The position numbers and the translations under genes were made by a program. Positions 20,766 to 30,644 of a DNA stretch of 64,000 nt are shown here, piece by piece. The DNA is from an uncultured Thermodesulfobacteriota bacterium (GTDB taxonomy: Bacteria; Desulfobacterota; WTBG01; CAIYCZ01; CAIRTM01): contig CAZUMW010000002.1 in assembly GCA_964621615.1 (NCBI GenBank), positions 64,286 through 128,285 on the forward strand, in the 5' to 3' direction. The notes beneath the pieces are model-generated. The model searched no databases. It saw only the letters and a list, made by a program, of their open reading frames with translations, and had not been told where the DNA came from. How positions within the stretch are numbered: the first letter of the stretch is position 1; every line of letters begins with the position of its first letter.

Positions 20766-22088
20766 GTGTACGCCGTGATGCCTGATTCTCCAGAGCCGGT
20801 CATATCGGTCGGCCTTGCAGAAGATGCACAATTGCTGGAAATAGTCATTTCCGATGGATACCGGATTAAGGGGCGGGAGATTCCCCCGGGGCATTACCGT
20901 GCCTATCCTGAAGGGAACAGGATAACGCTGCAGCATGAGACAGGGGGCGAAGTTGCCGGGGCTGAAGAAATTGAGTGTGCACCCGAACAGATTGAACAGA
21001 ATACCTTCACCCTGCTCAATGTCGCGATCGGCCGCTCCTTTCACTGGGAGCGCCTGAGAAATCAGACATTTCACGGCAGTCTGCGGCTGTGCCTGTTCGG
21101 TTCCGGCGGGATAACCGCAATAAACAGTCTGCCGCTTGAAATGTATCTGCAGTCGGTGGTGTGCTCTGAAATGGGTGCCGGCTGCCCTGTAGAATTTCTG
21201 AAAGCACACTGTGTCGTTTCCCGAAGCTGGCTGCTTGCTCAGCTTGAAAACAAAAAGAACACCCTGAATGGCAAAGAACAGTCTGCTGCCTGCTGGACAG
21301 ATGTCTGCGCACATCGGCACTACGATGTCTGTGCGGACGATCACTGTCAGCGGTACCACGGCATCGATCAGATAAACAATGCGGTCAAAAAAGCTCTTCA
21401 GGATACCCGCGGCGAGGTGCTTATGCATGAGGGGGCGGTATGTGATGCGCGCTTTTCAAAATGCTGCGGCGGGATCACCGAGCGGTTTTCAACCGCCTGG
21501 CAGGATAGTGACCCGCCGTATCTGCAGCCGGTAGTGGATGGTTCCGATCGTGCTTCCGGACAAATCGGTCCGGTTGCATCCGAATCCGATGTGCGGCATT
21601 TTATCCGCTCTTTGCCGCCGGTGTATTGTAATGTGCACGATGAATCATTGTTAAGCGCGGTGCTTCCCGATTTTGACCAGGAAACAACGGCCTTTTTCCG
21701 GTGGACGGTGCATCTTTCCCGTGAGCGGCTGCACAATCTGCTGAAGCAAAAGACCGGCATAGATTTCGGACCGGTACGCACGCTTGAGCCGATTGCCCGG
21801 GGCCCGTCCGGACGGCTGTTCAGGCTCAGGGTGTGCGGTGATAAAACCTGCCGGGAATTCGGCAAGGAGCTTGAGATACGCCGCATCCTGTCTGATGCTC
21901 ATCTGTACAGCTCCTGTTTTGTGGCTACCCCGGACCCTGATGGATTTGTGCTTGAGGGAGCCGGCTGGGGCCACGGGGTGGGCATGTGCCAGATCGGTGC
22001 GGCGGTTATGGCACGGCAGGGAATACCATACACCGGTATTGTTTCTCATTACTTCAGAGGCGCAGCCCGTGAAAAACTGTATGCATAA
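20766..22088 (+). CDS. SpoIID/LytB domain protein
   Basis: Central 'LEMYLQSVVCSEMGAGCPVEFLKAHCVVSRSWLL' block typical of the SpoIID/LytB amidase-enhancer domain. 440 aa. Confidence 0.55.
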   Translation: MYAVMPDSPEPVISVGLAEDAQLLEIVISDGYRIKGREIPPGHYRAYPEGNRITLQHETGGEVAGAEEIECAPEQIEQNTFTLLNVAIGRSFHWERLRNQTFHGSLRLCLFGSGGITAINSLPLEMYLQSVVCSEMGAGCPVEFLKAHCVVSRSWLLAQLENKKNTLNGKEQSAACWTDVCAHRHYDVCADDHCQRYHGIDQINNAVKKALQDTRGEVLMHEGAVCDARFSKCCGGITERFSTAWQDSDPPYLQPVVDGSDRASGQIGPVASESDVRHFIRSLPPVYCNVHDESLLSAVLPDFDQETTAFFRWTVHLSRERLHNLLKQKTGIDFGPVRTLEPIARGPSGRLFRLRVCGDKTCREFGKELEIRRILSDAHLYSSCFVATPDPDGFVLEGAGWGHGVGMCQIGAAVMARQGIPYTGIVSHYFRGAAREKLYA

Positions 22089-22608
22089 TAAACTCCCGAT
22101 AGTCGGCGTTATGGGATCAGCCTCTGACCCCTGCCCGGAAAAAGCAGCACCCTTAGGCACTATGCTTGCCCGGCTGGGCGTGCATCTGCTGACCGGCGGG
22201 GGCGGGGGCGTTATGGCTGCGGTGAGCAGAGCATTTTCTGAAACCTCTGGCAGAAAGGGGATGGTTATCGGCATTGTGCCCGGCAGTGTGAGCGACACCG
22301 GCTATGTACCGTTTGCCGGCTATCCGAACCCGTGGGTTGAGATTCCCGTTTTTACGCATCTTCCGCTCAGCGGCGCACAGGGAACAGAGCCGCTGTCGCG
22401 CAATCACATCAATGTCCTAAGCTCGCGTGTGATCGTGGCTCTGCCCGGCTCTCACGGCACCGCAAGCGAGGTTCAGCTGGCCCTTGCCTACGGCCGGCCG
22501 ATTGCGGCGTTTCTTGACCACAGAGATCACATACCGGGACTGCCCGGCAGTGTGCCTGTTGAAAATACGATTGACGGAATACAGGCGTTTGTTTCAGCGC
22601 ATATATGA
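22083..22608 (+). CDS. LOG/SLOG-family Rossmann-fold protein (TIGR00725-like)
   Basis: 'IVGVMGSASD...LLTGGGGGVMAAVSRAF...VIVALPGSHGTASEV' pattern of LOG-like nucleotide-binding proteins. ATG at 22083 overlaps the upstream stop. Confidence 0.5.
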
Positions 22609-22632
22609 TTTCACAAAAAAAGGGGGGATGAC

Positions 22633-22833
22633 ATGGAGAACAATATTACCGACTGGGACCGAAAATTGGCACAGGTGTGCATTCATTGTCCCGTGTGCTC
22701 TTACGCACGCCGGAAGCAGAAAGGCATTGCTTTTTCATTGGTGAAGTTTTTTGAGGGGAAGCTGTGCCCGTTCTGCGCCGCCTATGAGAGGGTTTACGGG
22801 AAAAAAGCCCACGAGCCGAACCCGGATCGGTAA
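22633..22833 (+). CDS. Small zinc-ribbon protein (CPxC...CPxC), hypothetical
   Basis: 'IHCPVCSY...CPFCAAY'. 66 aa. RBS 'aaaggggggatgac'. Confidence 0.35.
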   Translation: MENNITDWDRKLAQVCIHCPVCSYARRKQKGIAFSLVKFFEGKLCPFCAAYERVYGKKAHEPNPDR

Positions 22834-22861
22834 AACAGCAGCTTAAAAAATCAGGTTCGCT

Positions 22862-24163
22862 TCAGGCGAGAATGTCGTCGCTTTTCACCACGTGCACCAT
22901 TGCTGTCAGCAGAGTATCGAGATCATCATCGCCGATCACGTAAGGCGGCATAATATAGACGAGCCTCCCGAAGGGTCTGATCCAGACGCCATGATCGACG
23001 AACCGCTGCTGAATGCGCGCCATGTTAACCGGACGGGTTAACTCAATTACCCCGATCCCGCCAAGCGCGCGAACATCGGCAACATGACCGCAGTCGCGGC
23101 AAGATGTGAGGCGCTCAGTCATCGTGCGCTCTATGTGTGCGATCCGCATCTGCCATGGGCCTTCCTTGAGCAGGCGTATGCTTGCCGCCGCAATTTTGCA
23201 GGCAAGGGGATTTGCCATAAAGGTGGGGCCGTGCATAAAGACGCCGGGGTCTCCGGATGAGATAACCGATGCCACCTGTGCTGTGGTCATCGCTGCGGCA
23301 AGCGTCATATAGCCGCCGGTGAGCGCTTTGCCGACGCACATGATATCCGGTGTGACTGCCGCATGCTCGCAGGCGAACATCCTGCCGGTCCGGCCGAATC
23401 CGGTAGCTATTTCATCGTGAATCAGCAGCACCTTGTGTTCATCGCACAGGCGGCGCACCCTGGCAAGATATTCAGGGGCGTAAAAATACATGCCGCCCGC
23501 TCCCTGCACGATGGGCTCGAGGATGACGGCGGCGAGGCCGCCGGCGTGCTCCTCGATAAGGTTCTTAAACGATTTCAGATCGCGCTCATCCCAGGCCGTG
23601 CCGTAGCGGCATCGGGGCTGATCGGCAAAAAAGTATTCCGGCAGCACCTCCTGAAACAGCGTGTGCATGCCGTTCACAGGATCAGTGACCGCCATGGCGT
23701 GAAAGGTATCGCCGTGATACCCTGAGCGAATGGTTAAAAACCTGGTTTTGTCCGGCGCCCCGGCAGCGTGCCAGTACTGGATGGCCATCTTCATTGCCAC
23801 TTCGACTGAAACAGACCCGGAATCGCAGAAAAATATTTTTTCGATTGCATCCGGTGTTATTCCGTGCAGCAAAGAGCCGAGCTCGACAGCAGGCTCATGG
23901 GTGAGGCCGCCGAACATAACATGTGACATCCGGTCAAGCTGCTCGCGGGCGGCTGCGTTCAGCTGCGGGACATTATACCCGTGTATCGCGGACCACCAGG
24001 ATGACATGCCGTCAATCAGCTCACGGCCGTCGCGCAGTTTGATCCGCACCCCCGCAGCCTCCGCAACAGGATAGACCGGCAGCGGGCGGGTCATCGACGT
24101 GTAGGGATGCCACAAGTGTTCGCGGTCGAACAAAAGCAGGGGGTCTTCGGGGGAATGTGCCAT
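22862..24163 (-). CDS. bioA: Adenosylmethionine-8-amino-7-oxononanoate aminotransferase
   Basis: N-terminus 'LLLFDREHLWHPYTSM' and the class-III PLP aminotransferase profile '...HDEIATGFGRTG...' are characteristic of BioA. Confidence 0.8.
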   Translation of the reverse strand: MAHSPEDPLLLFDREHLWHPYTSMTRPLPVYPVAEAAGVRIKLRDGRELIDGMSSWWSAIHGYNVPQLNAAAREQLDRMSHVMFGGLTHEPAVELGSLLHGITPDAIEKIFFCDSGSVSVEVAMKMAIQYWHAAGAPDKTRFLTIRSGYHGDTFHAMAVTDPVNGMHTLFQEVLPEYFFADQPRCRYGTAWDERDLKSFKNLIEEHAGGLAAVILEPIVQGAGGMYFYAPEYLARVRRLCDEHKVLLIHDEIATGFGRTGRMFACEHAAVTPDIMCVGKALTGGYMTLAAAMTTAQVASVISSGDPGVFMHGPTFMANPLACKIAAASIRLLKEGPWQMRIAHIERTMTERLTSCRDCGHVADVRALGGIGVIELTRPVNMARIQQRFVDHGVWIRPFGRLVYIMPPYVIGDDDLDTLLTAMVHVVKSDDILA

Positions 24164-24496
24164 CGGTATATGTTATGTCGCTGTCGAAACCGTTTTCGTA
24201 CTCTTTTATATTACGTGCTCAGGCAGAGTCTGTCAACGGGCAAAGCCGGAACAACCTTTTCATTGACACAGTGCCAAGCATTTTTTACAGTGAAAGGATG
24301 ACTTGTGAGCATGTCACAAAACAACCATTTGCTGCGATGCAGCGTATCAGACCGCAGGCCGCATTTCTCCGTATAGCGTGCGCTTTGGATCTGAATATTT
24401 TCCAGCGGACTCCGAAAGCACAGGTGTTCCGACAAACTCATAAAGCCCTGAAACGGTAATACACATCGATACATTCATATTTGAGGAATATACCAC

Positions 24497-24727
24497 ATGT
24501 CCGGTTGCCCGCACGAGGTCCTTACGCTTGTGCCCAAAGACAGCAATAAGCTTCGCTGCCGACGGTGTCATCTTACGCTTTCGCCTGACGAGCTTGTGAA
24601 CGGCTGCTGCCCCGAATGCCATGAGGTGCGCGGGGAAAAGCACAGCGATTTTGAAAAAGTAGAAGAGGCAGATGATGCACCCACCCGGTACCGCTGCGAC
24701 CGGTGCGGCATGGTGATAGAGTGCTGA
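24497..24727 (+). CDS. Small double zinc-ribbon protein, hypothetical
   Basis: 'CPH...CRRCH...CCPECH...CDRCG'. 76 aa. RBS 'gaggaatat'. Confidence 0.35.
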   Translation: MSGCPHEVLTLVPKDSNKLRCRRCHLTLSPDELVNGCCPECHEVRGEKHSDFEKVEEADDAPTRYRCDRCGMVIEC

Positions 24728-24758
24728 AAGAAATCGCAGGAACAGCGTCAGGAGCATT

Positions 24759-26423
24759 ATGAGCGAATCGGTCCCTTCCCGATGGAACTGCCTTAAAGCC
24801 AACACGGCTCTTCGGCGTGAGCGCGTTGCCCGGCAGCTTCGCCCGGAAGGAAAGCGTATTTCTCAACAGGATATTGTGCAGCTTCTTGAGCTGGTTATTG
24901 AACCCCATGACCGGGTCTGTATTGAGGGCAACAATCAGAAGCAGGCCCAGGTGCTTGCGCGGTCGCTCTGCAACGTCAGCGTGAAAAAAATACACGGATT
25001 GCACATGGTGCAGTCGGCGGTGTCCCTTGATACCCACCTCGACGTTTTTGAAAAAAAGATAGCCAGGAAGCTTGACTGCGCATATGCAGGCCCGCAGCGC
25101 AACCGCCTTGCAGCGATGGTTTTAAGCGGAGCGGTTGAGCTTGGCGCAATTCATACCTATCTTGAACTGTATGCCCGCTATTTCGTTGACCTGACGCCGC
25201 GCGTTGCCTTGATCGCTGCTGAAAAAGCTGACATCGGCGGCAATCTCTACACCGGACCAAATACCGAGGAAACCCCGCTGATCGTGGAGGCGACAAAAGC
25301 CAGGCAGGGTATCGTTATCGTACAGGTGAATGAGCTGGTGGAGCGGGTTCCCCGGATTGATATTCCGGGCGACTGGATTGATTACATTGTCAAAGCAGAT
25401 GAGCCCTGCCGCTGCACCCCGCTGTTTACCCGCGACCCGGCCCGGATAACGGAATGCAGTATTTTAATGGCTATGATGGCTATTAAGGGGATTTACGGGC
25501 CGCTTGAAATACAGTCGCTGAATCACGGCATCGGCTACGACACTGCGGCCATAGAGCTGCTGCTGCCCACCTACGCTGTAGAGCTCGGGCTCTCCGGCAG
25601 GATATGCACCCACTGGCTGCTTAATCCCCACCCCACGCTTATACCCGCGATCGAGTCCGGTATGGTAAGGTCGGTGTACTGCTTCGGCTCAGAGCCCGGC
25701 ATGGAACGATATATCGCTGCGCGGCCAGATGTTTTTTTTACCGGACCGGACGGCACGCTGCGCTCAAACAGAGCATATGCCCAGCTGGCGGGATTCTATG
25801 GAGCCGATATGTTTATCGGATCGACGCTCGAGATCGATCAGCACGGAAACAGCTCGACCGCAACCGGGGACAGCATCGTCGGATTCGGCGGTGCGCCGAA
25901 CCTGGGGGCAAATGCAGCCGGCCGGCGGCACACGACCGGTGCCTGGAGCGAAGTGGGAATGAACTGCCCGATGCTCCGGAACCTGAACGGGGCGGTGCCC
26001 GCAGGCAAGCGGATAGTTGTTCAGATTGTGCCCACAAGCAGAAACGGCACGCACACGTTTGTTGAGCGGCTGAGCGCGTGGGACCTGGCGGAAAAAACCG
26101 GGCTGGACCTGCCGCCCGTAATGATATACGGCAGCGAAATTACCCACCTTGTTACCGAAGCGGGGCTGGCGCACCTGTACCGCTGCGAGACCCTTGAGCG
26201 GCGAAGAGCCTGTATTGCGGCGATTTCGGGTGATTCGCCACTTAAATCATTTGTTAACGCAGCAGCAGTGAACAATCTGCGGAGGCAGGGGCTGGTTCAA
26301 TATCCGGAAGACCTCGGCATAGACCCTGAAGAAGCAACACGCGACCTTCTTGCGGCCCGCTCCCTGCAGGAGCTGGCAGAGATATCGGGAGGGCTGTATG
26401 TCCCGCCGGGATCAGGCGGATGA
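24759..26423 (+). CDS. mdcA: Malonate decarboxylase alpha-subunit (MdcA)-like acyl-transferase, stand-alone
   Basis: Strong family-typical blocks 'AIHTYLELYARYFVDLTP', 'NTEETPLIVEATKARQGIVIVQVNELV...IDIPGDWIDYIV', 'LNPHPTLIPAIESG' and 'FFTGPDGTLRSNR'. No mdcC, mdcD or mdcE genes adjacent. Confidence 0.65.
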   Translation: MSESVPSRWNCLKANTALRRERVARQLRPEGKRISQQDIVQLLELVIEPHDRVCIEGNNQKQAQVLARSLCNVSVKKIHGLHMVQSAVSLDTHLDVFEKKIARKLDCAYAGPQRNRLAAMVLSGAVELGAIHTYLELYARYFVDLTPRVALIAAEKADIGGNLYTGPNTEETPLIVEATKARQGIVIVQVNELVERVPRIDIPGDWIDYIVKADEPCRCTPLFTRDPARITECSILMAMMAIKGIYGPLEIQSLNHGIGYDTAAIELLLPTYAVELGLSGRICTHWLLNPHPTLIPAIESGMVRSVYCFGSEPGMERYIAARPDVFFTGPDGTLRSNRAYAQLAGFYGADMFIGSTLEIDQHGNSSTATGDSIVGFGGAPNLGANAAGRRHTTGAWSEVGMNCPMLRNLNGAVPAGKRIVVQIVPTSRNGTHTFVERLSAWDLAEKTGLDLPPVMIYGSEITHLVTEAGLAHLYRCETLERRRACIAAISGDSPLKSFVNAAAVNNLRRQGLVQYPEDLGIDPEEATRDLLAARSLQELAEISGGLYVPPGSGG

Positions 26424-26547
26424 TACAGTTTTTGTATGGCTCACCGCTGCAGCGTGTCCCGATGCGTTCGGGGCGTTTATGACAATAAGGAAAGAGTCCC
26501 TTCGGCTTTGTCGACGGGTATGATTACACAACTTTCGTGCCCGGCTA

Positions 26548-26958
26548 TTACCCGAATGCACCGCTTAAATATTCGCGGGTCATGCGCCTGACCGGACCTT
26601 TAAAAGGCGCACGCCGATCAAGGCGAACGGCCCGTGAGGTCTCAAAGAACACCTCGTCGTTACAATATATAATCTCCCCGCCAGCTTTTATCATTTTCAC
26701 CGCAGAAATCCGCCCTTCAGAGTGCGCTTTGTTCCAGTACACGATATTCATATCCACACCGTAAAGGGAAAGATAAAAAAACATGCTGTTCGGCTGTGAG
26801 GCAAGGGCTGCATGCACGATTTGCGGCAAACCGGCATCGACATAGTGAACTTCGATTTCGGAGCCGATATACCGCGACAACAGGCCGATAGGATAAACGC
26901 TCTCCGCCCGGTCGGGAACGGGTGCGGCTTTCTGCTGTTGAGAACCGTCTTTTTTCAT
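26548..26958 (-). CDS. Hypothetical protein (136 aa)
   Basis: ORF with no recognisable motif. Positioned at the distal end of the 27-37.8 kb operon. Confidence 0.25.
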   Translation of the reverse strand: MKKDGSQQQKAAPVPDRAESVYPIGLLSRYIGSEIEVHYVDAGLPQIVHAALASQPNSMFFYLSLYGVDMNIVYWNKAHSEGRISAVKMIKAGGEIIYCNDEVFFETSRAVRLDRRAPFKGPVRRMTREYLSGAFG

Positions 26959-27051
26959 TGCTTCGTCCTCCAGGAATTATTCCTGTGAGCATGTATGTTG
27001 GGTGCAAAAGCAAAAAAGCCAGGTTTATTTATGTGATTCCGGTATAGGCAC

Positions 27052-27362
27052 TTATTCATCATTATCTGTATCCTCAATTTCCTGAACATCACCCTCCGGG
27101 CGCTGTGAGGAGATTTTTATGTCCTCGCCTTCTGCTGCAAGCTGCTGATTGTACCAGCTTATAGACAGAGAAAATTTCTCTTTATCTTTTTTCCGCTTTG
27201 CTTTGGCCTCAACGAAAACCCTGTCCTGGGGGTTCAGCGCAAGGTACTCGGAGCCCTGCTGAATATACACCTCCCCTTTTTCAAGGCTTGTGCAGAGATC
27301 TTTGAGATAGGATATTGCTTCGCTGAGCCCCAATGACTTTTTAATGCCGATTTCTTTTTTGT
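27052..27362 (-). CDS. Amphi-Trp-domain small protein A (C-terminal ...DTDNDE)
   Basis: ~100 aa. '...EVYIQQGSEYLALNPQDRVFVEAKAKRKKDKEKFSLSISW' is shared with the paralogue at 32404-32691. Acidic tail ends in Glu. RBS 'aaggaggaaaca'. Confidence 0.5.
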
Positions 27363-27436
27363 CCATGTCTGTTTCCTCCTTGTGTTTAGAGTTTTTATAA
27401 TTAGCGGCCTGACAAATTTCCCCGGTGTTCATGCCC

Positions 27437-28630
27437 CTATGCAAGAGACAGCAGCACGTCAATTACCTTCTGATCGTCCGCAAGCGGTCTGCTGGCATCG
27501 GTAATAAGGGGGGTGTCGATAATCTGCACCCCCAGTTTTTTTATTTTTTGCAGTTGCATCGGCTGAGGATACAGGCCGCTGCGGGAATCGATGAGCACAA
27601 ATTGAAGCAGTTTTTTCACCGGAGCCGCTGTTCCGCATGAGTGTTTTAGATAGGAGACAAGGGTGTGCACGCAGTCATACAAAGACATGCCGAACTGCTC
27701 CGGATCCGGCGACGGATTCGGTATAAACACTTTGGGGCATTCTGTCTCGCTTATCGCCTGCCCGATACCTCCGGGCAGAAGGGTGGCGATCAAACTGGTA
27801 TAAAAGCTGCCGAACGGATAGCAGATAAGATCCGCGCTTTTAATCAGGTCCTGAATTTTGCGCTTAATGGAAACGGCGGCATGTTTTTTTGACCGAAGGC
27901 TTTTGGTGAGAAAAACAGACGCTACCCGGGACTGCAGCTTTGCAAAGGCAGGACCGGTGAGTAAATGCTGGCCGATAACGGTTTTGCCGGAGTCAAGCTG
28001 AGCGCCAAGGTGATATGACAGCCCGGTGACCGGCCGGACGATGCCGCGGGCTTCAACCAGCTTGGAAAACATATAGATGACCGGCTCGATATGGCGCCGG
28101 TTGTTCAGATACCCGGCTGCAATTAAAATATTGCCGATATTGGCTCCGCGCAGATCAAAACCGTGGGGCATTGTGTCGAGAAAGCTGTGGATGTGATTAC
28201 GGATAATCCGACGCATCGGATTGGGGATACCGGTTACCAGGCTGTCCCTGCCGGTTGCCATGCTGAGCAGCTTTGAGCGCAGCTTTTCGCTGCTTTCTGC
28301 CGCAGGCAGGCGGTACGCAAACAGCGAATATACTTCCGGATTTCCGTGCACTGTCTGGTCGGCAAGCGCGTTCAGCCGGTTTCTTATATCGCCGACCGCA
28401 AGCATGTTAAATGCTTTGCGTATGACAGCGGAGCTGCCCCCGGAATCAAACGGGCAAATAATATGTATTGAGTTATGGGTATACTCGGTGAGGCGCCGCG
28501 ACAGCGAGCGCAGGGATGAGCCTCCGCTGAAAAACAGAATGCGCGGGCCGAGGTCCGGAACTCTTTTGAACCGATCGATTCTTACGGCATCCGGAATACT
28601 AACCGTCCTGGTAACTGATGCCCGGTTCAT
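27437..28630 (-). CDS. CofD/YvcK (UPF0052, 2-phospho-L-lactate transferase-like) family protein
   Basis: 'ILFFSGGSSLRSL' and 'PFDSGGSS' glycine-rich loops plus overall CofD/YvcK-like layout. 4-nt start/stop overlap with the upstream gene. Confidence 0.55.
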   Translation of the reverse strand: MNRASVTRTVSIPDAVRIDRFKRVPDLGPRILFFSGGSSLRSLSRRLTEYTHNSIHIICPFDSGGSSAVIRKAFNMLAVGDIRNRLNALADQTVHGNPEVYSLFAYRLPAAESSEKLRSKLLSMATGRDSLVTGIPNPMRRIIRNHIHSFLDTMPHGFDLRGANIGNILIAAGYLNNRRHIEPVIYMFSKLVEARGIVRPVTGLSYHLGAQLDSGKTVIGQHLLTGPAFAKLQSRVASVFLTKSLRSKKHAAVSIKRKIQDLIKSADLICYPFGSFYTSLIATLLPGGIGQAISETECPKVFIPNPSPDPEQFGMSLYDCVHTLVSYLKHSCGTAAPVKKLLQFVLIDSRSGLYPQPMQLQKIKKLGVQIIDTPLITDASRPLADDQKVIDVLLSLA

Positions 28631-29724
28631 GCAGTTATCCTGTCACGCATGTGTTTGATATTTTCGCACACTTTACACGCCTGACTGAAATCGGCTCCGC
28701 CCTCTATAACATATACAGGACACGGGGAAAGGTGTTTAATGTATACATCCTCGGATACAGCGGCTCCGCTGTCGGCAGCACCTGTTTGATAGAAGATACC
28801 GGGGGATTTGATGAAAATTCGCAGCAGCTCGCGCTGCTCTGCGGGGCGTATGGCGTGGCAGCTGAAGCCTGCCGCAGCGCGGTGCCAGTTGAGAATCACC
28901 AGCGCATGAAGAGGAGAAAAAAGTTCAAACGAACCGCTGCCGAAAATGGACTCTATGTCAACGTCGTATTTATGCTCAAGGGTCCAGAGCTCTTCAGCGC
29001 AGAGCCGCAAAAAGCGGTCGCGCTCCTGTGCGGGGATGACAGAGGACAGACAGGGATTGTACAGCGCGGTGCCGGGATTTATGCGAGGAAGCTTTGCAAC
29101 CCCTGCCATGGAAAGCCCCGCTTTCGTCCTGCGTATCAGCAGGCGGTCGTTCGAGACAAATACGGCTCCGCGCTGCATAAGGTGCAGCGCAAGCGTTGAT
29201 TTTCCTGCTCCTGATATGCCGGCAACGGCGATTCCACAACCGTCAAGCGACACGGCGGCAGCATGGCCAAGAAGCCAGCCTCTGTCGAGTTTCCATTGAA
29301 TAAACCGGTTGTTTATAAAATTGACGACCTGATTCAGGTTCTCCCGGCACGGGCCGATTGCTGCATGCAGGCCGCTGCCAAAAAAGAACAGCATGCCCGT
29401 CAGCCGCTTTCTGACAAGCCGCCCGTCCGTAAACTCAACAAACTCCTCTTTTATTTTTGACTTTCCCGGATCGGGCTGCTTGACGGTAAACGTGTATGGA
29501 AGCGCCGGCGAGGGGCCATCGATAATGAGGACATGCATGACGGGCGTGCCAATGTCTGTCAGAAAGCAGCTGAAATAGGACCGGAGGGCCCCTGCAACGC
29601 CGGGCGCGTTGGTCCTGACTGAAATGATACAGTCGCCAAGGCTCAGCAAAAGCGAGTGGGGACACGCCGTGTTGCCGGCAAGACGATCAAAAGCCTTTTT
29701 CAGCGTTGTAGACTGTTTATCCAT
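28627..29724 (-). CDS. HPr kinase/phosphorylase C-terminal-domain-like P-loop kinase
   Basis: 'GHAAAVSLDGCGIAVAGISGAGKSTLALHLMQRGAVFVSNDRLLI' parallels the HprK Walker-A region and the following 'vadD' block. Confidence 0.55.
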   Translation of the reverse strand: MDKQSTTLKKAFDRLAGNTACPHSLLLSLGDCIISVRTNAPGVAGALRSYFSCFLTDIGTPVMHVLIIDGPSPALPYTFTVKQPDPGKSKIKEEFVEFTDGRLVRKRLTGMLFFFGSGLHAAIGPCRENLNQVVNFINNRFIQWKLDRGWLLGHAAAVSLDGCGIAVAGISGAGKSTLALHLMQRGAVFVSNDRLLIRRTKAGLSMAGVAKLPRINPGTALYNPCLSSVIPAQERDRFLRLCAEELWTLEHKYDVDIESIFGSGSFELFSPLHALVILNWHRAAAGFSCHAIRPAEQRELLRIFIKSPGIFYQTGAADSGAAVSEDVYIKHLSPCPVYVIEGGADFSQACKVCENIKHMRDRITA

Positions 29725-30616
29725 GGTTTAATTTTCTGATAACATATTCTGTGTAGAGGCGAGCAGCATCAATTTTGTTTGCTTCAAAAAGTCCGCGAAA
29801 GCCGCCGAATGCAGAAACCTCAAACACAAGGGGGCCCTCTGGCGCTTCCGCTATGTCAACGCAGGTAAAATCAAGGCCGAAAAGCGATTGCGCGCTGTGG
29901 GCAAGATCGATTAACCGGGGCTTGGGGGTAAAGGGCTCATAGGTGCCGCCGTAATGAGTAGTCGTATTCCATGTGTGTTCGGGAGCGACACGGGCGTATG
30001 TTCCCACATACTCACCACCAAGAAAAACAATGCCGAGGTCTCTGCCCGGAATGCTCACTTTTTTCTGTATATACATTACGGTGTTTTCAGCTTTAAAGTG
30101 CTCTAGGCTGTTTTGGGCGTCCGGTCCATGCTCAACAACAGCCATGCCGCGGGCTTTTGAGGTGAACAGCGGTTTGAGCACAGCGGTGCCGAAACGCTTG
30201 ACAGCCTCAGCGGCAACGGAAACCCGTTCGGTAATGACGGTTTCAGGAATGGGTATGCCCCCTTTTTGCAGCTTCAGGGTGCAGGAAAGCCGGTCCAGAG
30301 CAGACCGTATACGGGCGGGCGGGGAAAACATGCGTATGCCGGCCTGGTGCAGAAAATCAAGCATATCAAGCCTGCTGAGCATGTGGTGAGAATACATGCC
30401 GCCCAGCTTTTTTATGATTATGCCGTCCAGATCCGACAGGTCGGTATTGTTATAATACGCGCGGTTCCGGCTGACATCCAGCATAATATCCTCAACCGAT
30501 ATGAGCAGGCGAAAGCCGGTATGCTCAGATATAATATCAGCAATGTGCTCGGAGGACCATTTTCCGGGAATCCCGATAACGCCTATTTTCTTATGTGAAG
30601 CATCCGTTTTTTTCAT
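29717..30616 (-). CDS. RimK-like ATP-grasp ligase
   Basis: ATP-grasp signature stretches 'AVLKPLFTSKARGMAVV', 'MYIQKKVSIPGRDLGIVFLGGEYV' and 'DIAEAPEGPLVFEVSAFGGF'. The likely start is the internal ATG at 30616 (MKKTDASHKKIGVIG). Confidence 0.65.
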   Translation of the reverse strand: MKKTDASHKKIGVIGIPGKWSSEHIADIISEHTGFRLLISVEDIMLDVSRNRAYYNNTDLSDLDGIIIKKLGGMYSHHMLSRLDMLDFLHQAGIRMFSPPARIRSALDRLSCTLKLQKGGIPIPETVITERVSVAAEAVKRFGTAVLKPLFTSKARGMAVVEHGPDAQNSLEHFKAENTVMYIQKKVSIPGRDLGIVFLGGEYVGTYARVAPEHTWNTTTHYGGTYEPFTPKPRLIDLAHSAQSLFGLDFTCVDIAEAPEGPLVFEVSAFGGFRGLFEANKIDAARLYTEYVIRKLNHG

Positions 30617-30644
30617 AAGCCGTGTGTGCGGGGGCGGTTTCAGG

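Noticed and set aside
21784-22608. Long N-terminal extension of the LOG-like ORF overlapping the SpoIID gene
   Set aside because: The upstream part overlaps a well-supported gene in another frame. The conserved domain begins at the ATG at 22083, which abuts the SpoIID stop.
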